From positions 47,783 to 111,782 of IMG/VR virus record IMGVR_UViG_3300044701_004608: a stretch of DNA of 64,000 nucleotides. One strand, written 5' to 3'. Below the pieces are notes generated by a model, which saw only the letters and a list, made by a program, of their open reading frames with translations, was not told the origin of the DNA and did not search any database. Source of the stretch: a virus. The first letter of the stretch is position 1. Every line of letters starts with the position of its first letter. Below are positions 16,508 to 26,069 of this stretch, in pieces. The translations under genes were made by a program, and so were the position numbers.

Positions 16508-18814
16508 TTAAATCACACAGCTCTCGCAATTTTCCTGATCATCAGCTGGTGCCAGTTCAGGTTCTTGCTGTTTAGATACTAATTTATCTACATCAATCTC
16601 GCCTTGGCCGTCATTGGTGTTAAAGTAGTAGAGTTGCTTAGTGCCATACTTATAACACATGATCAGGTGCTTGAGCATTTCACTCATAGGAATCTTTTCG
16701 TCTTCATAGAATCTAGGATTGTATGAAGTGTTGGTACTGATGCCCTGATCTATATACTTCTGGAGGACGGCGCAGATCTTGAGATAACCCTCAGGGCTCT
16801 GCTGATCCCACAGGAGTTCGTATTTATTTTTCAGTTTGCGGAATTCTGGGACTACTTGTTTGAGCACGCCATGTTTGCTTTGTTTCACTGATACATAACT
16901 TCTTGGTGGTTCGATGCCGTTAGTGGCGTTGGAGATCTGTGCCGAAGTTTCTGCTGGCATGATGGCCATGAGTGTGGCATTGCGCTGACCAAACTTCCGT
17001 GTCTCTTCACGCAGTTCTGCCCAAGGCATGCGTTCTTTGTGTGGCACCAGTTCGTCCACTTCGGCTTTGCGAGTGTCGATGGGCAGGATACCGCGGGCAG
17101 ACTTGAGATCGTGCCAGCGATCACAGGCGCCTTGTTCTTTGGCCAGATCCACACTGGCTTTGATGAGATAGTAGCTCCAAGCTTCTGCGTATTCATCGAC
17201 CAAGGCCAGTGCTTCGTGGTCACTGTATCCAAGGTCGTTCTTGGCCAACCAATAAGCGAAATTGATGATACCGATGCCCAGTGGGCGGAATTCTCGTGTA
17301 GAAAGTTCTGCGGCTTTGACTGGGTAGTTCTGATAACTCAGTAGGGCATCTAATCCACGCACCGCTAATGTACACATGTTTTCAAAGTCAGCGGGTGTCT
17401 TGACATTGCCCCAGTTGATGGCGCTCAACGTACAAAGAGCGATACGGCCTTCTTCGTCGTTGATGTCATTGAGTGGTACTGTGGGAAGATCGATCTCACA
17501 GCAGAGGTTGCTCATCTTGATTGGCGCGACTTGTTCATTGAATGGACTGTGTGTATTAGCATGGTCCACATTCTGTAAGTAGATACGACCAGTGTCTTTT
17601 CGTTCCTGCATAAAGCGGCTGAAAAGGTCGATGGCCTTGAGAGTCTTCTTGCGGAGTTTGGTGTTGCGTTCGGCACGTTCGTATAGTTCTTTGAACTTGT
17701 CCTGATCATTGAAGAAGGCATTATACATCTCGGGCACATCGTGCGGTGAGAATAGTGTGATGTCACCACCGGTGATCAAGCGTTCATACATGAGTTTGTT
17801 AAACTGTACACCATAGTCAACATGACGGACACGATTGTCGTCGGTGCCTTTGTTGTTCTTGAGAACTAGCAGGTCTTCGACTTCCAAGTGCCAGATGGGA
17901 TAGTACAGAGTAGCCGCACCGTTACGCACACCGCCTTGGCTGCAACTACGAGTGGCACTCTGGAAATGCTTGTAGAAAGGAACCACACCAGTGTGATAGG
18001 CGTCGCCATTACGGATGGGTGAGCCCAGCGCACGGATGCGTCCGGCGCCAATGCCGATACCAGCCTTCTGCGAAACGTAGCGCACGACTGAGGCGGCGGT
18101 AGCAGAGATAGAGTCCAAAGAATCATCCGATTCGATGAGGACGCATGAACTGAATTGTTTCTGTGGTGTGCGCACGCCGGCCATCACAGGAGTGGGCAGG
18201 CTGATGTCATAGTTGCTGATGCCATCATAGTAACGCTTGACCCAGGTCATTCGTGTGTGTCGGGGATAGGCCATGAATAGCGTGGCAGCGATCAGCATGT
18301 AGGCCACCTGGGGCGTTTCAAAGATCTCGCCAGTGACACGATTCTGTACTAGGTACTTGCCGCGCCATTGTTCCATGGCCACATAAGTGAAGCCTTCGTC
18401 CTTGGAATGATCGAAGTGACGATCCATCTCCGCGAACTCTTCCTCAGTGTAGTTGTCCAGGAGTTCCTGGGTGTAGTAACCGATCTCTACATTTCGCTTG
18501 ACGATGTCATAGAGCGGCCAAGGTTTGTAGTCACCGTAGACTTGTTTGTGGATGTGATAGGTCAACAAGCGACCTGCCACGTATTGATAATTGGGATGTT
18601 CTTCGCTGATGAGATCGGCTGCCGACTTGATCAAAGTCTCTTGGATGTCTTCGGTCTTGATCCCATTGTAAAACTGTATGTGGCTTTTGATTTCTACTTC
18701 GCTGGCGCTGACTCCTGTGATACCCTCAGTCGCCCAAAAAACTACTTTGTGTAGCTTTTCGATATCGAGAAGCTCACGACGGCCGTCTCTTTTTAACACT
18801 AATATTTGACTCAT
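16508..18814 (-). CDS. nrdA: Ribonucleotide reductase class Ia alpha
   Basis: ATP cone, SSCVLI, SNLCCEI, PAETS, C-terminal CESC. Confidence 0.97.
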   Translation of the reverse strand: MSQILVLKRDGRRELLDIEKLHKVVFWATEGITGVSASEVEIKSHIQFYNGIKTEDIQETLIKSAADLISEEHPNYQYVAGRLLTYHIHKQVYGDYKPWPLYDIVKRNVEIGYYTQELLDNYTEEEFAEMDRHFDHSKDEGFTYVAMEQWRGKYLVQNRVTGEIFETPQVAYMLIAATLFMAYPRHTRMTWVKRYYDGISNYDISLPTPVMAGVRTPQKQFSSCVLIESDDSLDSISATAASVVRYVSQKAGIGIGAGRIRALGSPIRNGDAYHTGVVPFYKHFQSATRSCSQGGVRNGAATLYYPIWHLEVEDLLVLKNNKGTDDNRVRHVDYGVQFNKLMYERLITGGDITLFSPHDVPEMYNAFFNDQDKFKELYERAERNTKLRKKTLKAIDLFSRFMQERKDTGRIYLQNVDHANTHSPFNEQVAPIKMSNLCCEIDLPTVPLNDINDEEGRIALCTLSAINWGNVKTPADFENMCTLAVRGLDALLSYQNYPVKAAELSTREFRPLGIGIINFAYWLAKNDLGYSDHEALALVDEYAEAWSYYLIKASVDLAKEQGACDRWHDLKSARGILPIDTRKAEVDELVPHKERMPWAELREETRKFGQRNATLMAIMPAETSAQISNATNGIEPPRSYVSVKQSKHGVLKQVVPEFRKLKNKYELLWDQQSPEGYLKICAVLQKYIDQGISTNTSYNPRFYEDEKIPMSEMLKHLIMCYKYGTKQLYYFNTNDGQGEIDVDKLVSKQQEPELAPADDQENCESCVI

Positions 18815-18839
18815 TGATTCCTCTGTTCACTCAGTACCA

Positions 18840-19277
18840 CTATTCAAACAATCCAGACACATCGTGCCGATATTTCAATTCAAATGTTTTTGGGATATGT
18901 TTGTTATTTAAGACCTCTCCGTCGACCATATTAAGCACATATTTTCCATCATCGATCCAGGCTAAATTGTAGTTTAGTTTTTGTTCGGTGTCATAATATA
19001 TTCTTATTTCACCGTGCAAGCCATGATCAGTCAATAATGCAGTATAAAGCATTCCTAGAGATTTTGCAATATCACAATAATAATTTTCGGAGATCAAAGT
19101 CCACGGATCGGGCCAACTTCTGCTGTCTCGAGGATCGAGATAATAAGGACTAAAAGGCGCAGACTGCCAGAAATCGGAAATTTTTTTTAGGGCTTGCTCG
19201 AGATCTAACTCGTCAAGATTTTTACGAAAAGATCGCCAATACGCGAGGCGTTCGCCCTCGTTGAGTTTCCACATCAA
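18840..19277 (-). CDS. Hypothetical protein
   Basis: 145-aa ORF; WPDPWTLI..YCD motif. Confidence 0.65.
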   Translation of the reverse strand: MMWKLNEGERLAYWRSFRKNLDELDLEQALKKISDFWQSAPFSPYYLDPRDSRSWPDPWTLISENYYCDIAKSLGMLYTALLTDHGLHGEIRIYYDTEQKLNYNLAWIDDGKYVLNMVDGEVLNNKHIPKTFELKYRHDVSGLFE

Positions 19278-20600
19278 TTATTGATAAAATTTAACAGTAT
19301 AAAAAATATCTGCAGAATCTACCGAAGTGTACTTGAGTTGACCAGTAGATGAGTCAACAAAAATTTCCACTCCGGTGTCGGCAGACTCGACATATTCATC
19401 TTGGAAAAAATAGGAACTACCATTGCCTGAAGATGTAAATTTTCCTGTTCGTTGATCTTCGCCTTTTGTAATGACATAATCAATGACAAGATTTTTGTAG
19501 GCCTCGACCTGCAAAGATATATCACCACTGGATCCCGACGGCAATGTTTGCTGCAAGCCGATGGTTTTGTTTTCTGTGCCACGATGTGTGACTAGATTTT
19601 TCGTCTCGTTGTCTGATGTCGAGGTCTCGATTACTGTTCCAATAGTTCCGTCTGAAAAAACAGTATCAACGACTAACTCACGGAATTGGCAACTAGAAAA
19701 TACTATTCCATCGACCTCGCCAATGGTTTCAACACCTCTATTGTGATTATGAAATTCGCAATGATCAAAAAATATTTTTGAAGTTTCAAAAAATTGACTT
19801 TCTGATCTAAAATAGACTGCAGACTTTCCCGACCCCAAATCTTGAGTGCGACTCGCTTGGTTTCCCGAGAAAGATGTACGGACGAAATAAAAATCCGAAC
19901 CACCATCAATGATCACACATGGTTTGTCAGATGCCGATCTATTGTTAATACCGATATCACAGATGATATAATCTCTGGCCCGAGGGGGTATAGTACCGGG
20001 TTGCTGTCCTAGAGACTCGCCGGTTTCTCCATTGCTGTCAGCGAAATGAAAGATTGGGCCGATATCTTGTAAATTACGTATGATGGTATTTTGTTTACCG
20101 TCACCTTGTATTTTAATAAAAGGAGGAACTTTTATAGTGTCTGAAACCAGATAATAACCGGCTGGGAAAAATATAGTCCTACGCATGTCAACGCCGCCGA
20201 TGGTAGTAGAATAAGCATAGGTATTGTTTAAGGCACGAACGATAGCATCAGTATCGTCAGTTTGGCCGTCACCCATTGCACCAAAGTCCCTGACATTAAC
20301 AAAGTCGTCGAGTTTTTCTTGTAGATTTCTTTTAAAACCTTCGTTATCGCCTGATGTATTAGCAACGAAACCTGCAGGTTCGCCTTTGAATTGGAAATTC
20401 TGGAAAAGTGCAAAAAGGTCTGTATGTTCGGTGAGGATTTCTGTACGACCCTCTACTGGTGCTCCTTCTGAGAGAGTTCCGTTACCGATAAAAAGCCGGC
20501 GAGCATCGACGCTCCAGCCTAGTTCAGCCGACGAGAGATTAGGTAGATCCTGTTGCAGACCACGTCGGTGTTGGATACGAGAAATTTGAATAATTGCCAT
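19278..20600 (-). CDS. Fibre/baseplate protein with pectate-lyase-3-like beta-helix
   Basis: ISRIQHRRG..ELGWSVD..LFIGNG N-terminus; VNVRDFGAMGDGQTDDTDAI..FFPAGYY. Confidence 0.8.
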   Translation of the reverse strand: MAIIQISRIQHRRGLQQDLPNLSSAELGWSVDARRLFIGNGTLSEGAPVEGRTEILTEHTDLFALFQNFQFKGEPAGFVANTSGDNEGFKRNLQEKLDDFVNVRDFGAMGDGQTDDTDAIVRALNNTYAYSTTIGGVDMRRTIFFPAGYYLVSDTIKVPPFIKIQGDGKQNTIIRNLQDIGPIFHFADSNGETGESLGQQPGTIPPRARDYIICDIGINNRSASDKPCVIIDGGSDFYFVRTSFSGNQASRTQDLGSGKSAVYFRSESQFFETSKIFFDHCEFHNHNRGVETIGEVDGIVFSSCQFRELVVDTVFSDGTIGTVIETSTSDNETKNLVTHRGTENKTIGLQQTLPSGSSGDISLQVEAYKNLVIDYVITKGEDQRTGKFTSSGNGSSYFFQDEYVESADTGVEIFVDSSTGQLKYTSVDSADIFYTVKFYQ

Positions 20601-20629
20601 CTTTTACAGAATCCTGTGTTTTTTGATAT

Positions 20630-21340
20630 TTATGACAATCTATAGTATTGCTCGACACGCCGCATCCACTGTTCGCTCCAATGGGAGAACTCATCTTCTT
20701 CGACGACGAATTCTAGGTATTCTGGTGTCGAAAACGTGCCGTCTGGTAGTTCTTTTGGCTGGACAGCCATCAAAATCACACCGGTCTTGATGTCAGTGCC
20801 GTGCATGTTGTTATGGGCGGCGGCATAGGCCGCGAGCTGTAGGAAATAATCCTCGATCCACTCGCGCTTCTTGGGCTTGTTGGTCTGCTTGAAGTCCATG
20901 ATAGCCGGCCGGCCTTTCCAGACACCCAAGCAATCAGTGGTACCAGCGTAGAGCCCGCTGTAGTACAAGGGCACTTCTACTCCCCAGAATTCGTCGACGT
21001 TGCCCAGTCCCTTTAGTATGACTTCTGCGGCCATGAACCATGAAGGATGCGCGAAAGGATTGCCAGGCAAGTCTTTCATTTCGTCAGTTTTGACAAAGTG
21101 TTCAAGGTAACTGTGCATCCTGGTGCCACGGTTCGCGGCTTCGGTGACGATCTGCTGGGCTTTAGCTTCGCCCACGCTTTTCTTCCATCGCTCTAATGCG
21201 TCGCGTTTTTCTTGTGGCTTTGTCTTATCCAAGATGGTAGTGACGCTGGGGACTTTGCTACCATCAGGTAAGCAATAGTGTCTCTTGCCATCGATGGTTT
21301 CTCGATCGCAAGGTGTATAGTCATAACGATGTGTGATCAA
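20630..21340 (-). CDS. PD-(D/E)XK exonuclease
   Basis: VPSVTTIL, RGTRMH, YAGTTD, IMDFKQT, YFLQLAAY. Confidence 0.88.
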   Translation of the reverse strand: MITHRYDYTPCDRETIDGKRHYCLPDGSKVPSVTTILDKTKPQEKRDALERWKKSVGEAKAQQIVTEAANRGTRMHSYLEHFVKTDEMKDLPGNPFAHPSWFMAAEVILKGLGNVDEFWGVEVPLYYSGLYAGTTDCLGVWKGRPAIMDFKQTNKPKKREWIEDYFLQLAAYAAAHNNMHGTDIKTGVILMAVQPKELPDGTFSTPEYLEFVVEEDEFSHWSEQWMRRVEQYYRLS

Positions 21341-21664
21341 TTAGATTCCAAAACTACTACCACATCCACAGGTAGTTTGTGCGTTGGGGTTTTTGATAGA
21401 GAAGTTACTGCCCATGATATCTTCTTTGTAGTCAATGACGGCGCCTTGTAGATACTGCATGCTCATGGCATCCACCACTACCTTGGATTCGCCGATGCTG
21501 ATCTCAAAGTCGTCTTCGTTCTGTTCTTCATCGAAGGTGAATCCATACTGGAAGCCCGAACATCCGCCGCCTTGCACGAAGGTGCGCAGGAAGAGACCGG
21601 GATTGTTTTCTTCAGCTAACAAATCCAAGATCTTAGTTTTTGCTGATTCTGTTATTTCGATCAT
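21341..21664 (-). CDS. erpA: A-type Fe-S carrier ErpA
   Basis: [27 protein letters not shown]; start revised to the ATGA overlap. Confidence 0.9.
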   Translation of the reverse strand: MIEITESAKTKILDLLAEENNPGLFLRTFVQGGGCSGFQYGFTFDEEQNEDDFEISIGESKVVVDAMSMQYLQGAVIDYKEDIMGSNFSIKNPNAQTTCGCGSSFGI

Positions 21665-21984
21665 ACTCGGAAACTTTCTCCGCATCCACAGCGGTCTTTT
21701 TCATTAGGGTTGATGAATTCGAAACCTTCGTTTAACCCGTTCTTTTGCCAATCCATGGTCATACCGTGCATATAGACCATGTGCTTCGAGTCGATATAAA
21801 CACGGATACCACTGATATCATAATGCGGAGCATCTACTAATCTCTCGTCATCGACATATTCTAACACATAAGCGAGTCCAGAGCAACCGGTCGTTTTGAT
21901 TCCGATACGGATGCCGATACCCTTTCCGCGCTGTTCTAGGAAGTATTTTATTTTTTCACTGGCCAGGTTTGTTATCGTGATCAT
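21661..21984 (-). CDS. iscA: A-type Fe-S carrier IscA
   Basis: [38 protein letters not shown]. Confidence 0.92.
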   Translation of the reverse strand: MITITNLASEKIKYFLEQRGKGIGIRIGIKTTGCSGLAYVLEYVDDERLVDAPHYDISGIRVYIDSKHMVYMHGMTMDWQKNGLNEGFEFINPNEKDRCGCGESFRV

Positions 21985-22475
21985 CGTTTACGGGCCTTTT
22001 TGGCAGCAGTCTGGAATCGAAGATCACTGACATGATTCTTGAATGTCAGCCCATCTAAATGATCCAGTTCATGTAGGAAACATTTAGCATCTATGCCTTG
22101 GAACATGCGTTCTTGCCAGATACCGTCTCGATCCTGCCATTGTGCCGTAGCATACTTGGGCCTAGCTATCTCGAGTTCAACGCCAGGGAAACTGAGACAT
22201 CCTTCGGGTGCGAACCATTGTTCTTGGCTGGCATGTTTGAGCATGGGATTGTACATCACGATGACTTGACCGTTTTCTTGTATGTGCATGGCCAACACAC
22301 GGAACTGGTATCCGACTTGGTTGGCAGCGAGACCGATCCCGCGTTCTTCTAACATAGTCTCGATCAAGTCAGTCTCAAGTCGATCTATATCGTCGACAGG
22401 AGGTTGGGAGAAATCCCAAGGCGAGCAAGGCTCAAGCAGGACAGGGTCCGGCCAAGTCAGTATAGCGAGTTTCAT
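21981..22475 (-). CDS. def: Peptide deformylase
   Basis: GIGLAANQVG, EGCLS, HELDHLDG; start revised to MKLAIL. Confidence 0.95.
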   Translation of the reverse strand: MKLAILTWPDPVLLEPCSPWDFSQPPVDDIDRLETDLIETMLEERGIGLAANQVGYQFRVLAMHIQENGQVIVMYNPMLKHASQEQWFAPEGCLSFPGVELEIARPKYATAQWQDRDGIWQERMFQGIDAKCFLHELDHLDGLTFKNHVSDLRFQTAAKKARKR

Positions 22476-22849
22476 TGGTGTTTCTTTATATAATCTTCGA
22501 TGGCCGCTTTGATCGCATCTTCGGCCAGTATCGAACAATGTATCTTCACTGGCGGTAGGGCCAGCTCGTTGGCGATCTCTGTGTTCTTGATGGTGGCTGC
22601 TTCGTTGAGTGTCTTGCCTTTGACCCACTCAGTGACTAGGCTGGAGGAAGCGATGGCCGAGCCACAGCCGTAAGTCTTGAATCGTGCGTCAGTGATGATG
22701 CCATCCTCGACTTTGATCTGTAGTTTCATCACATCGCCACAGGCGGGTGCGCCGACCATGCCTGTACCGACATCTGGGTCGTCCTTAGGCAAGGAACCCA
22801 CGTTACGTGGGTTCTCATAATGATCTAATACTTTGTCTGAGTAAGCCAT
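22472..22849 (-). CDS. iscU: Fe-S scaffold IscU
   Basis: HYENPRNVG, GAPACGDVM, YGCGSAIASSS, LPPVKIHC. Confidence 0.97.
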   Translation of the reverse strand: MAYSDKVLDHYENPRNVGSLPKDDPDVGTGMVGAPACGDVMKLQIKVEDGIITDARFKTYGCGSAIASSSLVTEWVKGKTLNEAATIKNTEIANELALPPVKIHCSILAEDAIKAAIEDYIKKHQ

Positions 22850-22873
22850 GAACTAACCTTTCGGTTTAGTTTA

Positions 22874-22990
22874 CTACTTTTTGCTGAACATGTCAACGAG
22901 TTTGGCTTGGATGGCTTTGGCCCAGAAAGGCTGCGGAAAGTTCCAACCAACGAAAGCACCTACTGCTATCCAGAATAGTGTATCCATCAT
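22874..22990 (-). CDS. 38-aa membrane peptide (not in ORF track)
   Basis: MMDTLFWIAVGAFVGWNFPQPFWAKAIQAKLVDMFSKK; AAGGAG RBS. Confidence 0.7.
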   Translation of the reverse strand: MMDTLFWIAVGAFVGWNFPQPFWAKAIQAKLVDMFSKK

Positions 22991-23005
22991 GTCTTGCTCC
23001 TTAGT

Positions 23006-23419
23006 TTATGAACGATTTTTGAGAGCACGCTGGGCCATGGCATCAACGGTCTTCTCGGGATTCATTGCGCGGCTGCCGCCAGCTAATGTCGGGGCATCGT
23101 CAATAGCGTCGTCGCTGAATGTTTTAAGGTACACATACTTGACGCCATGTTCGTCGTCTTTGATGTCTTTGATGAGGTTCTTTACTGACTCGTTAGTCTT
23201 GAAGGCACCTAGCAGACTGTCGAGGTTGAACTCTTCGTGGCCTGTGCCTTTGACCATACCAATCAGGCTGTCAACACGCACCTTGGGAACAAGGTGCTTG
23301 TCATGGCTGCGATTGCGCAGGAACTCTAGAGCAGTGATGAGGTTGGCATCACCGCGAGCATCGGCTTCATCTTCGATGATATCGTCAGCTAACTTATCGT
23401 TAAACTCGCGGAGTCTCAT
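23006..23419 (-). CDS. Hypothetical probable head-associated protein
   Basis: MRLREF N-terminus typical of T4-like internal head proteins. Confidence 0.6.
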   Translation of the reverse strand: MRLREFNDKLADDIIEDEADARGDANLITALEFLRNRSHDKHLVPKVRVDSLIGMVKGTGHEEFNLDSLLGAFKTNESVKNLIKDIKDDEHGVKYVYLKTFSDDAIDDAPTLAGGSRAMNPEKTVDAMAQRALKNRS

Positions 23420-24120
23420 TATCTGCGCTCACGTCCGATTTCTTCGTCGCCGCCGGCTGCTGCGTCTGTGGCAGCGAATTCGTCAGCTGGTTCTTCGGTG
23501 TCAAGGTCGCTAGTCGGAGCTGGAAGCTCGCCGGCAACTTCGGCACCAGGAAGTGCCATATCAGTAGGAGCTACTTGTTCTCCGGCTAGAGCACGAGCGG
23601 CCTGGTCGGCACCTTCACGGCTTTGTTGTAGGCTCTGTGCTAGTGTGTCTAGCATAGGAGCCACGGCTGCTTTGAAAGCATCAGCTTGTTCCATACCAAT
23701 CTGGTCACGGATAGCATCTAGTAGAGCAGGCATCTGCTCGTTTTGCATCTTGCCAACACGTTCCATCATGTCTTGCATGCTGTCAACGATATCACGAGCA
23801 GCCAGGATGGCCTCGCTCTTGGCAGTTTCTGATTCAGTTACCACTGTCTCCTCAGCGACGATTTCTGCCGAAGCATTGGAGAGCCAACTGTCGAGTCCTT
23901 CTTTGACCAATAGCATTTCCATATACTTAGGATTTTTCTCTGCTGTATGTACTCCGTGGCTAGCACGGATCGTAGCAAGGCTTTCACCGATGGCTTTAAC
24001 CAGGCGCTGAGCTTTTTCTGTGGTAAGATTAGCGTAGTCGATGGCAAAACCAAAACGGCTTTCCATGACACGATTTAGTTTTTTTGTGCGGCTTGCGCCA
24101 CCAATTTCTGTAAGTTTCAT
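23419..24120 (-). CDS. Putative prohead core/scaffold-like protein
   Basis: MKLTEI start; helical; acidic C-terminus ending GRERR. Confidence 0.55.
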   Translation of the reverse strand: MKLTEIGGASRTKKLNRVMESRFGFAIDYANLTTEKAQRLVKAIGESLATIRASHGVHTAEKNPKYMEMLLVKEGLDSWLSNASAEIVAEETVVTESETAKSEAILAARDIVDSMQDMMERVGKMQNEQMPALLDAIRDQIGMEQADAFKAAVAPMLDTLAQSLQQSREGADQAARALAGEQVAPTDMALPGAEVAGELPAPTSDLDTEEPADEFAATDAAAGGDEEIGRERR

Positions 24121-24683
24121 GATTTAGGGTCCCAAACTTTCAAGTATTTAGTTGACTTTAGGCTTTTTTCGAGATTGTTTTTGACGTTGTCAAACTGTGC
24201 TTTTGCTTGTAAATAACGATTCCAGATAAACTCAGTTTTCACGACATCTTTTTTACGAATACTATTTTCGATGCTTTTTTTATAAAAAGTCAGATCGATG
24301 AACAACTTCGTCATTTTATTGTCTAACAACAAAATCTGATGAGCTTCACGGAATTTACCGAGATGCTCGAGTACACAATAAGCGACAGCCGCGCTTTTCC
24401 ATAGAAAAAATCCCTTGGCATCTTTTGCTTGGTCAGACACTTTCCAGGTATCATTTGGTAGATGTTCTACTAAAAATCGCCCCACACGATATCCATCCCC
24501 GCGAGGTATTATCAACGGTTCTCGACGTGTGATTAGTGCTTGGTTAGCTTCTTCCCGGGCCCAGTGTTTGATATATGCTGCGGCGAGATCGGCGGCGATC
24601 TCTACGTCTCTTACATCAGATTTATTGGCAGTTTTGCGAGATGATCGCTTACGAGATTTTTTTGGTGTAGATGATCCTACCAT
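24117..24683 (-). CDS. Hypothetical protein
   Basis: 188-aa ORF in operon. Confidence 0.65.
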   Translation of the reverse strand: MVGSSTPKKSRKRSSRKTANKSDVRDVEIAADLAAAYIKHWAREEANQALITRREPLIIPRGDGYRVGRFLVEHLPNDTWKVSDQAKDAKGFFLWKSAAVAYCVLEHLGKFREAHQILLLDNKMTKLFIDLTFYKKSIENSIRKKDVVKTEFIWNRYLQAKAQFDNVKNNLEKSLKSTKYLKVWDPKS

Positions 24684-24858
24684 TTTGATTCGTTCTCAAC
24701 AAGACGTCCTTGTTGACTAGTTGATTTGCTACAACGACTTGACGCTCTGTCAAGTCCGCTTTGTGTACTTCGTTATCGTCTTCAAACACACCCAACAGAT
24801 CGCTTTCCTCATTGCTGATGGGAAGTTGGATCTTGTTGAGCAGTTCTACTATCTTCAT
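24649..24858 (-). CDS. Hypothetical protein
   Basis: 69-aa ORF. Confidence 0.6.
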   Translation of the reverse strand: MKIVELLNKIQLPISNEESDLLGVFEDDNEVHKADLTERQVVVANQLVNKDVLLRTNQNGRIIYTKKIS

Positions 24859-24861
24859 TGA

Positions 24862-25131
24862 TTAATACGGTGTTGATTTGATGAGATGGACTAGCAGTCC
24901 GATTATGGCGGTTATACCCACGCCCAATAATGTTGTACCAATGGTTATCAGTTGTTTGGACTGTGCCAACGACGATCTACCGATCGCCTGTTTGATGTCA
25001 TCGATGCCGTGCTCGATCTTGGCCACGCGATTGTCCAACGAATTAAGTTTATGTTCCAATTGTTCATACCTTTCCGCGCAAAGTTCTACGTGCGCCTCAA
25101 GGCTTTTCTTTTCAATATCAGTAGAAGACAT
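24862..25131 (-). CDS. Coiled-coil + C-terminal TM protein
   Basis: LEAHVELCAERY and a TM helix; paralog at 7145-7396. Confidence 0.75.
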   Translation of the reverse strand: MSSTDIEKKSLEAHVELCAERYEQLEHKLNSLDNRVAKIEHGIDDIKQAIGRSSLAQSKQLITIGTTLLGVGITAIIGLLVHLIKSTPY

Positions 25132-25219
25132 CGACTTCTGTTCCTCGCTCTTTCAAATAGGGCGATGCTGTGAATGTGCCAAAATGTGCCTTAAGAGGTG
25201 CCTGTGTATGCCTATCGCA

Positions 25220-25657
25220 TCAAAGTATATTTAAGTCAAATGCTGTAGGTTTAAAATATATGTTTTTGATACTTCCGTGCGGATAGAAAATCGGAAGCAT
25301 GAATTTAGCTGTTTCGGTGAGCCCGGTGATCACAGGAACCTGTTCGAAGTCGCGTTTTAGTCCGTCGACTGGATCAGATTCTGATGCCCACACATCATCG
25401 TGTTCCACAGAGAAGTTCATGACCCATACACGGTGAGATCCTTGGTATAGATCCCCGAACTCCAACGAGTCCAGCGGACCTTCGAGGATCATTGGTCCTT
25501 GTATATTCATTGGTTGAGCACAGAGTCCGATGGTTTGTAAAATCGTCTCCCAGTTCCTTTGCTGATCTCTCTCTAGGCCGCTACCGTGCGTCACTTTGGT
25601 GTTTGTGATGTCCACTAAAGTGAGTAACGTGTATTCTCTAGTATGCTTGGATCCCAT
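25220..25657 (-). CDS. Hypothetical protein
   Basis: TLVDIT..RDQQRNWET motif; start revised to 25657, TAAGTA at 25663-25668. Confidence 0.65.
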   Translation of the reverse strand: MGSKHTREYTLLTLVDITNTKVTHGSGLERDQQRNWETILQTIGLCAQPMNIQGPMILEGPLDSLEFGDLYQGSHRVWVMNFSVEHDDVWASESDPVDGLKRDFEQVPVITGLTETAKFMLPIFYPHGSIKNIYFKPTAFDLNIL

Positions 25658-25677
25658 GCTAATACTTATGGCCATAA

Positions 25678-25705
25678 AAAAAGCACTTCCGGAGAAGTGC
25701 TTTTT
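25678..25705. terminator. Intrinsic terminator (bidirectional form)
   Basis: AAAAAGCACTT-N6-AAGTGCTTTTT. Confidence 0.8.
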
Positions 25706-25723
25706 GATTTTGCTAGACTAAAA

Positions 25724-26002
25724 TTAGTTAGCGAATGTAGCTTCGATTGTTGCAACTACGCCTGTAACGCCGAAAGCGTCACTGGAGTCAGCGGCAACTG
25801 TTGTGCCTTCTACTAGCAGGAAAGCGGCGCCTGTTTGCAGGTCGATCGCGCTAACTGTGCCTGTTGCTTGGATAGCAGCAACACACGATGTCACTTCAGC
25901 AGCTGTCAGACCGGACTTAGCCAGCTTGACTACTTGCATTGTGCGACCAATTGCGTTGTTGTCGGCAACTACTGTGCCATTTACTTTTGTTACGTCAGCC
26001 AT
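25724..26002 (-). CDS. Small virion structural protein (putative)
   Basis: Ala/Thr/Val-rich; own TAAATA promoter, AAGGAG RBS and terminator. Confidence 0.6.
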   Translation of the reverse strand: MADVTKVNGTVVADNNAIGRTMQVVKLAKSGLTAAEVTSCVAAIQATGTVSAIDLQTGAAFLLVEGTTVAADSSDAFGVTGVVATIEATFAN

Positions 26003-26069
26003 TTTATTTCTCCTTAGAATGTTGGACGCTCAGGGCGTCTCACAAATATATTTACCATCTCGGAAAAAA

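Noticed and set aside
15363-18814. Introns or inteins in nrdA/nrdB
   Set aside because: Both are uninterrupted and of normal length (768 and 374 aa).
22881-24010. Long plus-strand ORFs (also 12983-13522, 33821-34276, 34840-35418, 47256-47753)
   Set aside because: Antisense to well-supported minus-strand genes, with no RBS or recognisable motifs.
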